Program-made: the position numbers and the translations under genes
DNA from: Tubulanus polymorphus
Taxonomy: Eukaryota; Animalia; Nemertea
Assembly (NCBI RefSeq): GCF_964204645.1
Contig: NC_134034.1
Span: 5,244,914 to 5,308,913 of the forward strand
Direction: 5' to 3'
DNA length: 64,000 nucleotides
Notes under the pieces: generated by a model
Told to the model about the DNA's origin: nothing
The model's input: only the letters and a program-made list of their open reading frames with translations
The model's database searches: none
Part shown: in pieces, positions 24,601 to 38,703 of the stretch
Position numbering within the stretch: position 1 is the first letter of the stretch
Layout: every line of letters starts with the position of its first letter

Positions 24601-25006
24601 TTACCAAAATTTGGTGTTCATGCAAGGACGACAAGGAAGGTTTTAATCATAGTTTTTATTGAGATAAGACCAGATGCGGGGTTTCTTTCTATTTAAGACC
24701 CATGGTGTGGGCTGTCGATTTCATGCGGGCTGTCTGAAACAGCCCGCATTATTTCACGTTGTATTTCTTGTGGTGACATCTAAAAGAGTTTTTTTGAGTG
24801 AAAAGTGCATATTCGTGTCTCATACACAGATTTCATATATAGGGTTGTAAACTAGCGCCACTGTTGGTATTTCCTAGAACTACTATCGATTAAACTCAAT
24901 CCGGGCATTGATCCTGCACATGCGCACTACACAGTGCACGCAGCAACTTCCATCCTTCCACAGTTCGCGAGAAAGTAACGTTTAAAGTAGAACGAGTAGA
25001 ACGTTA

Positions 25007-25036
25007 CATGTATGTGTGTGTGTATGTATGTATGTA

Positions 25037-25103
<67 letters not shown>

Positions 25104-25192
25104 GCGCGTATGTATGTATGTATGTATGTATGTATGTATGTACATGTAATGTACGTACGTACATACATACATACATACATACATACATACAC
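25007..25192. repeat. Compound microsatellite (ATGT)n-(GT)n-(GCGT)n-(ATGT)n-(ACAT)n
   Basis: Directly visible. Confidence 0.97.
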
Positions 25193-27284
25193 ATAGTTAC
25201 GTTACAAGAGTCCTCCTGCGTCCACATAACTATGGTGAGTATAGTTAAGAAGGGGTAGTTGTACCTCCACAGGAAAATATATAGTGCTCAACATTCCGAT
25301 GACTGAAGTGGCTTTAAAGAATTGCGAAAATCCCCGACTACACTCAGGTGTGCGGCTCCCGGAACTCCCACGGCTTGAGATGAGAAAAGCTACCCCACAC
25401 AGCATCACGCCTAGGGTTATTGGCCACTCAACCCGAACATGATACGCGGTAACCAGCGCGCGCTTACTCCAGACCTGAAATCGCCCTATCTCATTCTATA
25501 AGAGACTCAAGCCTCGTCACTCATCCCTCCTGCCAGCGTGACAGTATGTCCAACGCCACAGGATACAAAGCCGACGAACGCTGCATCGTACCTCGAAGGA
25601 CCTCGGGGCCTTATCCGATGATCCTCTACTGCCGAGTCCGCAACACACCTGCTCAATCACAATTCAGGGGTACTCGCACATATAAGCCACAAACAACCAA
25701 AATCAACCTCAATGACCACATGTTTAAAGGAAACTGAATCGATGTACACTTTATTTTCATTAGAAATACACTGTACGTGCTAACGGGCTAATCGACTATA
25801 ACTGTTCTCTGACGTATTCTTCCACTACCGGCGACGCAGCTCTATCTACGTTGACACTCTACTGTCGCTCCCATCAGCTCAGCGGGGGCGTATCAGTGAG
25901 AAAGAAGGAAATAACTCTTTTATATATACACGGACTTAATTATCCCACACCGAAACTTTCGCGAAGCACGCGACTCAAGGTTCGTCATACAAAACGTCAC
26001 GGGAACATAAATTTATTACACGCTATTAAACGAGGTCGTCTCCCTCCACAAAATATAACTTATACGCGTGTACATGACAACACCCGGGACTTTACACCAT
26101 CACACTAGCGCTTCTCTACACCAATTCAATTCAAACCAAACTTTATTGTCGGCCCGCGACCCTGAACATCATCTGTATACGAACGACCAGACATACTGCT
26201 AGGCCTACTACTACACGCGGGTATACGCACTAACGTCCGAGCGATACGACTAACTCGCCTCGGGTCCCGACACATTAACATTGCATGTATAACTTTTATT
26301 TATCCACTTATTCCCGTATCATAGGGCGTTGAACATTAAAATAAGACTTCCTAGGGACACACACCCCCTCGGAAAAATGTTGGGGACTTGTTTTACTATA
26401 TACACAAAGGTACGGACGACTCAACTACGACGCGTACGTATTACAGGCCCTTCAACTAATAACGCGCCCATACGGGGAACACACAACGAAACTCAACCAC
26501 TTACATCTTGCTGCAACTACTCTTCTACTTAACCCATTAACGGTCGAGAGAAGACTGTCTCGAATCGGCGAATCGCGCGCCTTTTATGGCGAGATTGCCG
26601 ACCCCGGAGTGTCGCGCCACGCTTTTTGTTGATTGCGCGCCGCATGAATGACTGTGCTCGGTTCGAACCTTCAAGCGGCTCTAAAATCTTCGTTTCTTCA
26701 CCGATTCCTTTCAAGTAAACATTTCCTGAAAGCTTCTTTCTGATGTTAATAGATAAAATAATAGAAACCGGCAGAAAAATTCTTTCCTTTGAACGGGAAG
26801 GGAGGGAAGGGCGCGTAGAAGCCGGTCTCGGCAACTGGCGCGCGCTTCGAACCCGGATAGTACGCTCACAGCTAATTTCCACTCCGGATTTCTTCATAAA
26901 CGTTCTCATGCACTTCAGAACTATAAAATATTCACGACTACCTATTCGGGAAATATCAGGTGACTCTAATTTAATTACAAAGGGAAAACGACGATTATCC
27001 GGAGCGTGACGAGGGATGACCCGGAAGTGATTGACAGGGTGACGTCACATTCATAAACAACTCGCACGTGGCATCCGGTCCGGGGTGCTTGATACTAAAC
27101 GATACTAAACTCCACCAATCAACACCCTCCAAATCCGACCCGAGGCATCAGGGGAATGGGTAAGAATGCCACAAATCGCATTATCAACTAACTCGATTTT
27201 TCCATGACTTCGAAAAGAAAGGCAACTCAGAATACGCCCGCGAGGCTCACAGTACAACTAAATACCGACACAAAGGTATATTAG

Positions 27285-27960
27285 GGGCGGAAACATCCGT
27301 CCAGAGTATCGTTCTGTTTCGTCGTTGACAAGCCATACGACCGTCCCCATTTTATGGTTGACAGCAACGTGTACGTCAAAGATGCTTGCAGAGATTCTGA
27401 ACGTTTTTAATTTTGAATTGAAAGATGTCGAAATGGTAGCCGTTATCCCCGACAGGTAGAAAACAAAAGAAAGTAACATGTGTGCATATTATGATGAATT
27501 AAACTAACTATGATTTATTATTGAAACTTAACATTTCAGGCCGAATATTTTCCTGAATTTTAAAAGTGTCGCAAGAATGTCATTTGAAGAAGAATTAACC
27601 TTGTATATAGAGCATTTATCAGAAAAACAGCTGGACGCTAAAAAATGCATCATTTACTGCAGGTCTGAGCTTTCTTGAAACTAGCCCTACGTTTTGATTA
27701 AAGATAATCATTATTATCATCAAATGATGATAATAATGATTATCTTTAATCAAAACGTAGGGCCTTAAAAAATATTAACAGATGCCCAATCGAATCATTC
27801 TAAGATTTCTCTCGCAGATCAATAGACTGTGTGGGTAAGATATATTTACATATGTTAGAGATTGGGCGCAAGAGCTTTTTTTGGCGAACATATAGTTAAA
27901 AACCGATTGATTGACCAGTATCACAGCGTAGTAAATACAGATACGGAAAAGAGAATAGAC
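27285..27960 (+). pseudogene. RecQ-like SF2 helicase fragment (AcademH helicase), three exons, truncated at both ends; largely missed by the ORF track
   Basis: Manual translation: (W)GGNIRPEY..PILWLTAT (motif III)..PDR|PNIFLNF..KCIIYCR (motif IV)..RLIDQYHS; convergent with the transposase. Confidence 0.75.
27684..27763. repeat. Palindrome with 39-bp arms and a 2-nt loop, in a helicase intron
   Basis: GCCCTACGTTTTGATTAAAGATAATCATTATTATCATCA-AA-reverse complement. Confidence 0.9.
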
Positions 27961-28139
27961 CTAAATGTGGCAACGGAATATGCGGACTATGTAGCTGTTG
28001 CACAACGTGTAAAAATTCATGTAAATGTAACGATATATCAGATGTATATATGATGAATCTAAAAATCTAATGAATATATTGAATAGATTATCCCCCTGGT
28101 AGGCAACACTGGGTTGTAAAATTAATAGTGGAAGCTCTG

Positions 28140-31100
28140 CCTATTTTATTCGCTCGTCACTCCAGGAATGGACGTCGAAAGTTATCGACGGAATGAAACG
28201 GACGGAATGCGCAAAAGGTGTAGCTGCTGCGAGGCTTGCAGGATTTCATGTGGATGATTGATAATTGATTTTTGAAATGAAATACTTTATGCTTCAAATA
28301 TATAGATGTTGTATATATGATGGCTCAAATATTGTAAATAATTACCTCAATTGAATCAAAGCGTCCATATCACGACTATGTTTTTGTAGTTTCTTTTTCA
28401 ACTTAGCAGCCCCACGATCATTTATTGTGGTTATTGGCTCGTAATCTGGAATCCTCGATGATGGCGGCCAGGAATCCATTGAAAAAGTTTTCCTCATACA
28501 TTTCAATGAATGCGCGAACCTTATCTGTGTAAGCATTTTCACCGTGCGATTCTAGAAATTTGATAATAAAAGACGATTTAATTTCGGCACGCTCTAGATC
28601 ATTCCAATCGATTACATATTCGTCAATTTACTATCATTCGAATAAACGTATGTGTCGGCGATGTTCGTCTCGTACAACCTATCAATGTTTTTCGCAACTT
28701 GCCTTATCAACTGACTAGCTCTGGCTACAGATGCATCGGTGTATCGCCCATTCAGCTGTTTGAGCTTCTCTGAAGAAACGATGAGTAAAAATATAGATAA
28801 ATAAAATAAATTTTATATAAATCAATGGACTGTTAAATAAAACCGAGTGATAGTTTTCATACCCTTGAATAGGCCGTTCAGCAATTCATTGACGTAGTCC
28901 ATTGGGTGATTCTTACCGACCCCGCCTACAACATTAACTGTTCGATTCCATGTAACTTCCTTGCAGATTCTTTCTGGCCACCCACCATTGAGACCTACAG
29001 CAATTACAAGAAATCAGGTAAAATAAAGTTCAAATTACCAGACGATTAGGCTTATAATAATATCACACCTGCATGGAGGTCATGGCTAAGTATCAGATAT
29101 TTGTTGTGATTGCCTAAATGAAAATCAGGCATATCAAGCCTCCAGTGGTCAATGTTTGCCGCTCCATCTCCTTCTTTCACGGCGTCGACTCGACATCTAT
29201 CATTCAATATCGACCACAGCAATCCGATCGAATACAAAAAAACGCGATCTTTTGGCGATTCCGATCTGCACATCTCTGAAGAAAACCAATCCGAAATTTG
29301 AAATAGATACATTAAATTAATAAAAACTCAAAACAGTTAATTAAAAGTAAACTTGGTGTGAATTTAAACGGTACCTGTGGGCTTTGTGGATAACCCGATA
29401 CAATCGAGATGAAGAATGCCATTGTATATACATTTTTGTCCATTTTTGCATTTGATTGTCGGTTTTGCCTGCACAGTTTTACATACACAAAATATAGACG
29501 CCTTTGAATTTTCGCATTCCTTGCAGCACCACCAATCTCCTAGAATTTCTCCATCAACTCCTACACAGCTCCAGTGGAACCATTTTCCGTTTTTACATAC
29601 AGGATTGCTGCATTCAATCATAGGTTCGTCTTCTAGGTCTATTATTAAAATCTTATTCAATCTGTTCAATCTCATAGCAGGAATGATTAGAAAAAATCAA
29701 AATTGAAATGAAATGATGAGAAAAAAGATTAAGATTAAGTACCTTCTTCGCATAAACAGTAAAATGCTGTTTCATCTTCGTTGGGTACAGACACAACGCG
29801 GTTGCAGTCAACTGGTAACCATACCGTATGGACGATCTGCGTAGCCAGCTCATCAATTGTCTTGGATGTTTTCTTTTCGCAAATGCTTCTCACCAATAAA
29901 CAAATGAGCCCATCCCCCACGAACGATAAAAAATTACTCACCTAAAAACCGATAATTTTGATTTTTATCAATACATTAAATTTTCCATTCTCTGAATTTG
30001 ATAAACTTTAATCTCACTTGATTGAAATTAGCCATGACGTCTTTCTTCAGCCTTTTGTGATGGAACACGTTTTTCATATGGAACAGAGTCCCGCGATCTC
30101 GTTGGCTTTCTTGTTTAAAGAATTTGTCCATTATGTCCTAAGAATTAGCATTAAACATTATACATTCAAATCATATTTCACACAAAGTTTTATTACTAGA
30201 AAATTGATTTTCGAATGGTAACCTGAAGGATAATTCCACGTTTGTCGAATTCTTGCGGGACGACAGTTAATCCTTCTAAGCGGCTTAGCTCGTTACCAGC
30301 GCCCATTCTCGCTCTCGACGCAGATTTCGACCTCTCGACCGTCATGCCATCGCCGAGACATGGAATGGTGTAAATGCCATTTGGTTCCGTTGGCACGTAT
30401 TTCGCTTGCAGGTGTTCCAATATGGCGATAGTTCCAGCCGTAGTAGATCTGTCCTCCTCTATTACACCGATGTTAATCTGCAAATATATTTGACATAAAC
30501 ATGTAGCTTATTCCAATACTTCATGTTCATACAAGGAGGACAATGAAGGCTTTATGAAAGTTCTTACTACTTTACTCTTCTTTGACATTGCAGCCGAATA
30601 ACGATGAAGGATGTGCTCGTTCACAATTTCATTTTCATAACATTGAAAATATTTCTTCAGCACACGTTTTACCAGTACGATCATCCGGGCCTTCAAATTT
30701 TCTAAGTCGTTCTGATTTGGGAGTAACGTTGTGATTGGCATTTGTGTTGCAGGTTTGTAATGAAAATCCCCTATATTTTCAAACGTAACGCGGTTTACTG
30801 AAGCAAACGCGAGCGCCCAAAGCATCATTTTGTTTTGTGTGCGTCCTTCATAACGGGCTAAAGAAAGTTTCTGCACATTATCCCAACATAGCGAGTAACC
30901 TGAGGATGATCAAAAGTTTTAAACATGTAGTTAATATTTGATATATATACGTAAATTGTGTAATGCACGTATTACTGGTACAATCAGAAACATACTTGTT
31001 ATTTGGCTGGTTTTCGCAGCGAATTGACGCTGAAAGAATTATAGATATATATACTTATTACAATGTTAATGAAACAAATTCATGTGACGTTTAATGAAAA

Positions 31101-32451
31101 AATAGGTTTACTTCAACATTTTGTTTCATGTGGATGATATCTTTGTCGTAAGTTTCTCGAATCCTATCGACAACCTTCCGCGTACATACAGGTCCGAAGC
31201 AAACTCCGAGTTTAGAGAAGCATTGATATAGCCGTAATCAAACGGATTTATGCGATTGCATTATACATGTATCAACGAAAAAGTGAAAAGTGTAAATGCA
31301 TCTTACTTGCTGCCTGCATCCACTTCGCCACAACTGAAGAGAATTGATTTCCTTCAAAAAACGAACTTTTCTGCAATTTCTAGAGTCTAGAATTGTTGAC
31401 ACTACAAACCCGAAGCGGTTATCCGGTGTTTGTGAATTTCTATGAATAAAAATCACTAAAATGTTACTATTGAATGCTTGAGGAAAAAAAACAGCAAACT
31501 TCAGATCTCATACCGTTTTCCTGCCATTAACGATGACAATATACTTGTTAATGCGGGCATTGATCCTTTGATAGCGCCGACTGTTTCAGACCACGAAAAC
31601 TGTTCCATATTTTCAAGCGAGGCTTCGTCAAAAAGTGGCGATTTTGTTTGCATGAAGGCCTGATTCTCTTTCTTGATGAGTATACTTACTACAGCAAGTA
31701 GCTGAATAAATGCAACCTTACTCTTTTTTTAAAGTAACAATATCGCTCCTTTATAATTCGAGTGGCCGATCATTTTTTGGGCCTGGTGTCTGAAGTTTTT
31801 CTGGAATTAATATAATATATGATATGTGTACATACCATTACATTTTATTTGAAACTAAGAACTGTATAGCCCATTGGCCTTAGTCAATTTCAGAAAGGCC
31901 TGATTATTTCAGGTACAATCTGAACTCAAATGAATAGTCTATCCTACCACAGAGATTTTTGTGGAAAAACCAGCAGCATCTCCTCCGCCTTGTTCAACAC
32001 TTATTCGTTTTGGAAGCCTAGACGTGGAGCATTCAGGTGAATCGTGTAGAGATCGTTTTGTTCCCCGATCATTGAATACCGGTTTCGAATTATTTCTAGA
32101 CTGAATTTCAACTTGAAATAAACAAAGTTTTGCGAAATAGGATCGTGAAATGATTTACTTGATAAACATTTTTCTGTGTTTGAAAAGTAATTGATTAACT
32201 TATTTTGGAAATTCACCTTTGATCTCATTTAATTCTCTTATTTTTTTACTATATGCTTCTAGAAGTTTAAAACATGTGTAACAAACGAATTCCTTTTCGG
32301 GGTGAAGACAAAATCCGTATTCCAAGCAGACCCTTATTACTGAAAAACCCTTAGCAATCTCACGTGTTTTGTGGAATCTTTTCCACCCTTTCTGCTTAGC
32401 TTCGAAATTGCCGCCGCAAAATGCGCACTCGGAAGGCGACGAAGGTGCCAT
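28140..32451 (-). CDS. Multi-exon AcademHP-like transposase (DUF6589-like core with internal PHD fingers, N-terminal C4 zinc finger); possibly inactive
   Basis: CAFC..CYTC at the N-terminus; GYSLCWDNVQK, GDGMTVER..RLEGL..PQEF, PHD (CSNPVC..WFHWSCVG..WWCCKEC) and WNRTVNVVGGVGKNHPMDYVNELLN, all in GT-AG exons. Confidence 0.7.
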
Positions 32452-32892
32452 CTTTCAATAAACTACGGCAAAATACCACTCGAAATACCATTGCCGGTCG
32501 GTTCTCTTGATTGACAGCCGGATGTTATTGTTGCGGGTTGCCACGTGACATTCTATCATCGGCTTGAACCGATTTGCAGATTCTAAATTGTCTTTCCTTT
32601 TTTCATTTGAAAACCAATGCTACCTAATGCTGTTTTGTCCTCAAACAAATATATTGAACAAACGCATGTTGTCATAAGGTTAGTGTAGATAGTTTATTTA
32701 TCAAAATCGGTTGTTTACAAGCTGAGATATCGCAGTTTGAACACTGACAAAAAAGCCAACCAAATTCTGGTCGGCAACTGTACAGCGAATTCGAATGCAC
32801 GCGTCTGGGTGGTTGGTTACACTAGGATCGTAGAGCGACGGAGATCACTGATGGAGACAACCACTGCCAGTGCTGGGTGAAATTTTAGCATG

Positions 32893-33020
32893 TTATTTAT
32901 CAGTGAGGTCTGGGGAATAAAAATCAGTAACTTTTACCCAAATAAACTTACTTTTTCGGTCAAAATCTTAATATTTTGGGCGTGAATTAGAGCCATTTTT
33001 CGACCGAATGAGACGCCATA
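32893..33020. repeat. Transposon-end-like sequence ending CGCCATA; imperfect inverted partner at 45046-45172
   Basis: GAGGTCTGGGGAATAAAAATC...TTTTTCGACCGAATGAGACGCCATA versus its reverse complement at 45046. Confidence 0.75.
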
Positions 33021-33410
33021 GGGCCTAATGTCTATTTATTAATGTATGAGACCTGTTTTTTCGCGATATCTTGCTTAGTATTTGTAGTACATACCTCATT
33101 TAGGTCTTATCGTGACCACAAAAGTCGCGGACGACATATGAATATCCGATATTTTATCCGTTTATCACCGCTTAGAAGGATTGGTAAGAAGTGTAGGAAA
33201 TCGCATCTTAAATCGGCGAAAACAACCGCCATGTTCGTCTTTTTCCGGCTCATGTGCGCATGCGCTATGATGCGGAATTTCTGCGTAGGGGTGGTAGCTT
33301 TTGAATTTAATTAATGCTCAACGAATCACAGTGTTGCAATAGTGCGCTTATGCATATGCATTCAGGTTAATCGCTTAATAGTAAACACGTACAAACGAAC
33401 GCGCAACACA

Positions 33411-36400
33411 ATGAGCTTTTCAAAACCACAATGGGAAATCATAAATCTATTCACATCACACCTACGTCGAGAAGAGAGGACAGGCCGAAATATCCCAAAC
33501 AACAACACCTACGAAAGAATTCGGGCCGCTCTCAAGAAAAAAGTATCCACAGAGTCGATTAAGAGGAATTACGGTATGTCATAGAAGGAAGTCATGCGTT
33601 GTTTATTTACTATTATAATTAGCCACGAGCTGAAGGATCTCTCACTACACAAAAACAAAAACATTGATTTGAAGAGAACTGATGGCAATCATATCAATTA
33701 AAAACACTTTATTTTTCATATAATTATTTAGGCCTAGAGAAAGCCTGTTATAAATTTCATTTTAAGTAATAAACTATATACACTTCAAAAATACAAAGGT
33801 AATTATTTTTCATAGGCCTATTACAAAAAAAATCTTGATTAAAAAGACATGTTTCAAAACATATTATTAAAGACCGGTTTTCTACATTCAGGCCTATAGA
33901 AAATCATACAATAGGCCTACAAACTTTTTAGTTAGGCTAAAAAAAAATGATACCTTGTTTCTCCGCAGCGGCCGGGTCATTTTTATAAAATATGATAAAA
34001 TTTATAAACAGTTCATTTCTATAGCGGCCGGTCTGTTATGGTAAAATTGATCACGATTTAAAAAAAAGTAATGTATAGGGTAGATAGGCGGCCGGCCGGG
34101 TCAACATTTAAGCTCAGCAGAGTGGAGAAACAAGGTATCAATTTTTTTTAGCCTTACTCTTTTTTGCAAACCCTGCTGGTTCGATAAATGAACTTGAAGT
34201 CAATTTTCAATGGATTTTCAGAAAAAAAGTCTTCAGTAACTGAACCTAGTAAAACCGGACGTCCATCTATAGAACTAGACCAATTTGATCAAGATATAAT
34301 CCGAAGAGAAATTCATGATATGACCAGAGATAAGAAATACATTACAATAGATGGGTAAGAATCAACAACTGCCAGACAAAACACATCCTCCCTGACAATG
34401 ATTCCAACATGATTGCTTCAAGAGATCGCCACAGCCAAAAATCCAGCCAGAGTAGCCCGGATACATAAGCATTGCTCATCATTAGCTTATCAATGTCCAT
34501 TGTCCAAGTTATCTCAACTATAATTATCCGCAAAATTTACCTAAGGGGTCATTCATTTATTACGTATGCATTCGGGGAGGGGTCAGTGCAATTGCTTTCT
34601 GTGATGCTTAGTGTATATGAAAAAAATGGCCGATTTTGCGTACAGAGGGGAGGGGGGTTGAAAAATTCAAATTTTATGCGTACGTAATAAATGAATGATC
34701 CCTAAGTGATCAGGTTATCTGATAATTGGTAAGCAAGTTTTCAGCAAAGCTGTGCACTAGGGCTAGTCAAGCTGGATTTCATACTGCAGCAGTCTTGATG
34801 CCATCATTTTCGAATCCCTTCTGAGAGGGATGTGCAAATATGGATATTAAGGCTAAAAAAATTGATACCTTGTTTCTCCGCTCTGCTGAGCTTGTTGACC
34901 CGGCCGGCCACCTATCTACCCTATACATTACTTTTTTTAAAATCGTGATGAAAATTTCATCAAGATTTCATCAATTTTACCATAACAGACCCGGCCGCTA
35001 TAGAAATGAACTGTTTATAAATTTCATCATATTTTACAAAAATGACCCGGCCGCTGCGGAGAAACAAGGTATCATTTTTGTTTAGCCTAACAACAAAAAT
35101 GTAACTATAAATTTACCATCCATCTTGGTACAGCAGATTTGAAATATTTGATCTCCATATCTATGTATTTATCTCTATAGAATATATGCGAGAATCAAAA
35201 ACAAAATATCAGTTGACTTGAAAAGAGTTTCAATATGGAAATGGATAAGGAGAATTGGGTTCAGGTGGCTGAAGAAAAGTGGAAAACGGTAGGCAAAACA
35301 GTTTTATATCCGATAATTTTGATTAATTATCTGATGTTTCATAGGCCTTTGTATAATGATTATCCCTGTTCCCTTCCAGTATGCCCTAAGATTGATGTGT
35401 CAAATTGATCAATATCTAAAATCATTGTATCTTCTTTCAGCTTTAGTCATGAAAGACCCGACATTGTACGCCAAAGAAGAAACTATCTACGGAAAATAAA
35501 AAAAGCTAGACAGGAGAAAAAACAGATCGTATATTTGGATGAAACGTGGATAAATTCAAGAGATACAATGCAAGGTGAAATTTTAAAACACTAAGCCTAA
35601 GTTAGATTTTTGTATTTGAATCTACCAAGGGCCCATCAGCATAACAAAAATTGGGTCAACCTTACTCAAGATGGCCGTCCTAGGACCTTTTAAGTGCCCA
35701 AAAATGTTAATTTTGGCCCGAATTCCGAGTCCTGTAGCTTCCTACTGGTTTGCCATTTCTCATTGCAATTGCTGATTGACATTCTTTGGAAAGGGATGTT
35801 TTATACCTGAGACAGGTATTTTTGATCAGCCAATTGGCGGCCATCTTGGTGTCATCAGTACTCATTCGTAGGTAGGAAAAAGTTTTTCCACATTAAATTG
35901 ATACCTAAGCATTATTGTGTTACTATATTCAATTGGAAAGTTGTAGCCCATAACGTGTTCTATGATTTTGGTGAGTTTCAAGGTCATTGGTTTTTGCATG
36001 TGGCCACCAGGGGGCGTTGAATAATACAATAACTTATTATTTCTATATTATACTTGTACCTATGCATATTTTGTTACCACAATCAATTACAAAGTTGTAG
36101 CTAATGACATCTTCCATGATTTTGGTGAGTTTTAAGGACATTAGGCTAAACAAAAATGATACCTTGTTTCTCCGCAGCGGCCGGGTCATTTTAGTAAGAG
36201 CGGAGAAACAAGGTATCAATTTTTTTTTAGCCTTAGTTATTCTATATGGTCACCAGGGGGTGTTGAATAGTAGAATAACTTAGCATTAGAGCCCACAGAT
36301 AGAAGAACATATACAGCCTACAAGTAAAACTACAGTCAACCCCCACGATATACTGCGGGAGGGCGGTATATCGGGGTTGACTGTATAAAGAAATTACCAG

Positions 36401-37378
36401 GCAAAAATGTTCGAAAAAAAATTTTCATACAAAAGTTAAGTTTTCAGAGATTTTTTCCCCATATTTTTCACATGCATCTTATCTCTGCTAAGACAAAGTA
36501 CATTGTATGTTACCTGTTTTTAAACCTGGAATCACTATTATCTTCAACAGGCGAATGGACAGAAAATTGGGAAAAAGGAATGACCAACTTTTCCCATCCA
36601 CCATGTAAGGATTGCGGACGAGTAGAGCAAAATGGTAAAGGTGCACGCCTAATCATTTTAGATGCAGGAAGTCGAAATGGCTTTGTGCCAGGTGCAAACC
36701 TGGTTTTTGAAGCAAAAAATGGTTCTGGAGATTATCATCACCAAATGGATGGTAAATATTATTAAGTCTTTGTTTTCAATATCCATATTAATGTCTATTT
36801 CAACTTGGCTTCAGAGCATATCAGATTGCCTAGCTCAGTCAGTTTTGGTGGTAAATATCTGGTAAGGGTCCTATTGGTTAAGTTTGAATTATTGTCCTCG
36901 TTGAAAACATGAAGTTTGAGTTAAACTCAAACTGTGAAACTTTTGTGAAACTAGGCCCAGGGGCCGGTTGCTCAAAAGTTGATTTAAAACAACCTTTGAG
37001 CAGCCAGCCCCTCCATAGCATAAATTGCTCTGATTGTGTGACAACTGATATCTCAAAAAAGTATACCCATCAAAAATATCACTCTCTAATAGTCGTATGA
37101 AAAATGCTGATCGCCTACAGCCTACATCAATCATCAATTTCGAAACTAATCATATTCTATGTGCTTTTCAGGAGACATATTCGAAACATGGCTCGAGGAC
37201 CAATTGATTCCAGCATTAGAGGAACCTTCCCTTATAGTCATGGACCAAGCGTCATATCATCTCTGCTTAGTAAAGGAAAGTCAGGCTCCAAAAAGCTCAC
37301 AGAGTAAAGAAGAGATCAAGGTATTAAAAAACCTAGATGGCCAGTTTTGAAAAATTGTTTTCACAAATTCAATTTAAA

Positions 37379-37423
<45 letters not shown>

Positions 37424-38703
37424 GCTCATCAGAATTTATGAAATCACTTTTTCAAAACTGGTTTCAAAATAATAAATTCCATCATATAAGATTTAAACCA
37501 AGGGAAACCCCATGTCTCAGAAAACATCTCAGAAAACCATTGCATTAGGCCACACCAAAAGAAAACCCTGTTTCTCGGGCCCGACCGACCTGATATTTCG
37601 TCATTTCAAATAATCATTTTCAGAATAAAATATAATTATCATATTCCTGACTAAAAATTTAGTCCAGTAAAAACTATTTACGGCGACCTACCCACTGATA
37701 GAAGAATAACCGATATTTTTTTTCTATACAGAAAATAAATGTCCTACCTACCTACCCATTTTGGGATCATTCATTTATTACGTACGCATAAAATTTGAAT
37801 TTTTCAACCCCCCCCCCTCTGTACGCAAAATCGGCCATTTTTGTCATATACACTAAGCATCACAGAACGCAATTGCACTGACCCCTCCCCGAATGCATAC
37901 GTAATAAATGAATGACCCCTTACAGTGCCATACAGGTTCAAGGAATGAAGTATCTATTTGGTATGCTTATGATGCTAATAACATTAAATTTTCTTTTTCA
38001 GAGATGGTTGGAAAAGAAAAAAGTGACATACGACCAAAATCTAAACAAACCACAACTTGTTAAACTATGTCAAACTCAGTCACCAAATAAACTTTACAAA
38101 TCAGAGCAGCTGATTCTCGATTCTGGACACGAGCTACTGATATTACCAGTCAAACATTGCGAGCTCAACCCAATTGAAATGGTTTGGCACCAGATTAAAG
38201 CATATGCAAAGAAAAAAAACACAACAAACAAACTGAAGGATGTGGAAAAGCTAATCATTGAAGGGAGAGAACTAGTCACGGCGGAAAATTGGAGAAACTA
38301 CGAGGATCATGTGAAGAAAATCGAAAACGAATTATGGATTAAGGACAAATTATCAGACAATCTAGTAAAAAATTTTGAAACTAATCATATTGTAATAAAT
38401 CTGAATGATAGTGATGAGAGTGAGGATGAGAGAGAAAATGAGAGAGAGAATCAGGGTGCGGAAGATGACAGTGAGAAAGATGGAAATATGTCTAGTGAGG
38501 GAGATGAGAGCGAGAATGAGGTTTGTGCGGTGTGTGGAGAGAAGGATGATTGTGGAGATGATCAGCTGGTTGAATGGGTAGCTTGTAGTATGTGTGATCG
38601 CTGGTTCCATGTTTCTTGTTTAACCAATCATGATTCAGAAAATTTCAAATGCAAAAGATGTGAAGATATTCTATGCAAATCAATGTACTTTTTGGAACCG
38701 TAA
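33411..38703 (+). CDS. Seven-exon DD83E transposase with acidic linker and C-terminal PHD finger; frame appears intact
   Basis: Exons 33411-33573, 34222-34354, 35181-35288, 35441-35574, 36551-36751, 37172-37320, 38002-38703 with compatible phases. Motifs YLDETWIN, VMDQASYH, HCELNPIEMVW; PHD CAVC..CSMCDRWFHVSC..CKRC. Confidence 0.88.
33933..34156. mobile_element. PIF/Harbinger-type MITE family A (inverted copy 34848-35089, deleted copy 36142-36235)
   Basis: TWA-GGCTAAAAAAA..GATACCTTGTTTCTCC termini with TTA/TAA duplications. Confidence 0.85.
34545..34702. mobile_element. PIF/Harbinger-type MITE family B (inverted copy 37763-37919)
   Basis: TAA-GGGGTCATTCATTTATTACGTA...TACGTAATAAATGAATGATCCC-TAA. 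Confidence 0.85.
37548..37762. repeat. Repeat family C (GGCCACACCAAAAGAAAACCCTG...), inverted copy at about 39418-40088
   Basis: Reverse-complement matches at 39420-39545 and 40010-40088. Confidence 0.75.

Larger units (their letters stand above)
27285..33020 (-). mobile_element. AcademHP-like DNA transposon remnant (convergent helicase and PHD-transposase); ends uncertain
   Basis: Gene pair typical of the AcademH lineage; left end not found. Confidence 0.6.

Noticed and set aside
24927-25258. ORFs rich in YVCM/HTHT
   Set aside because: Microsatellite translations.
33042-33314. Duplicated METCFFAISC ORF (also 41537-41836)
   Set aside because: Both lie in the Sailor TIRs; the identity reflects the inverted repeat, not a gene pair.
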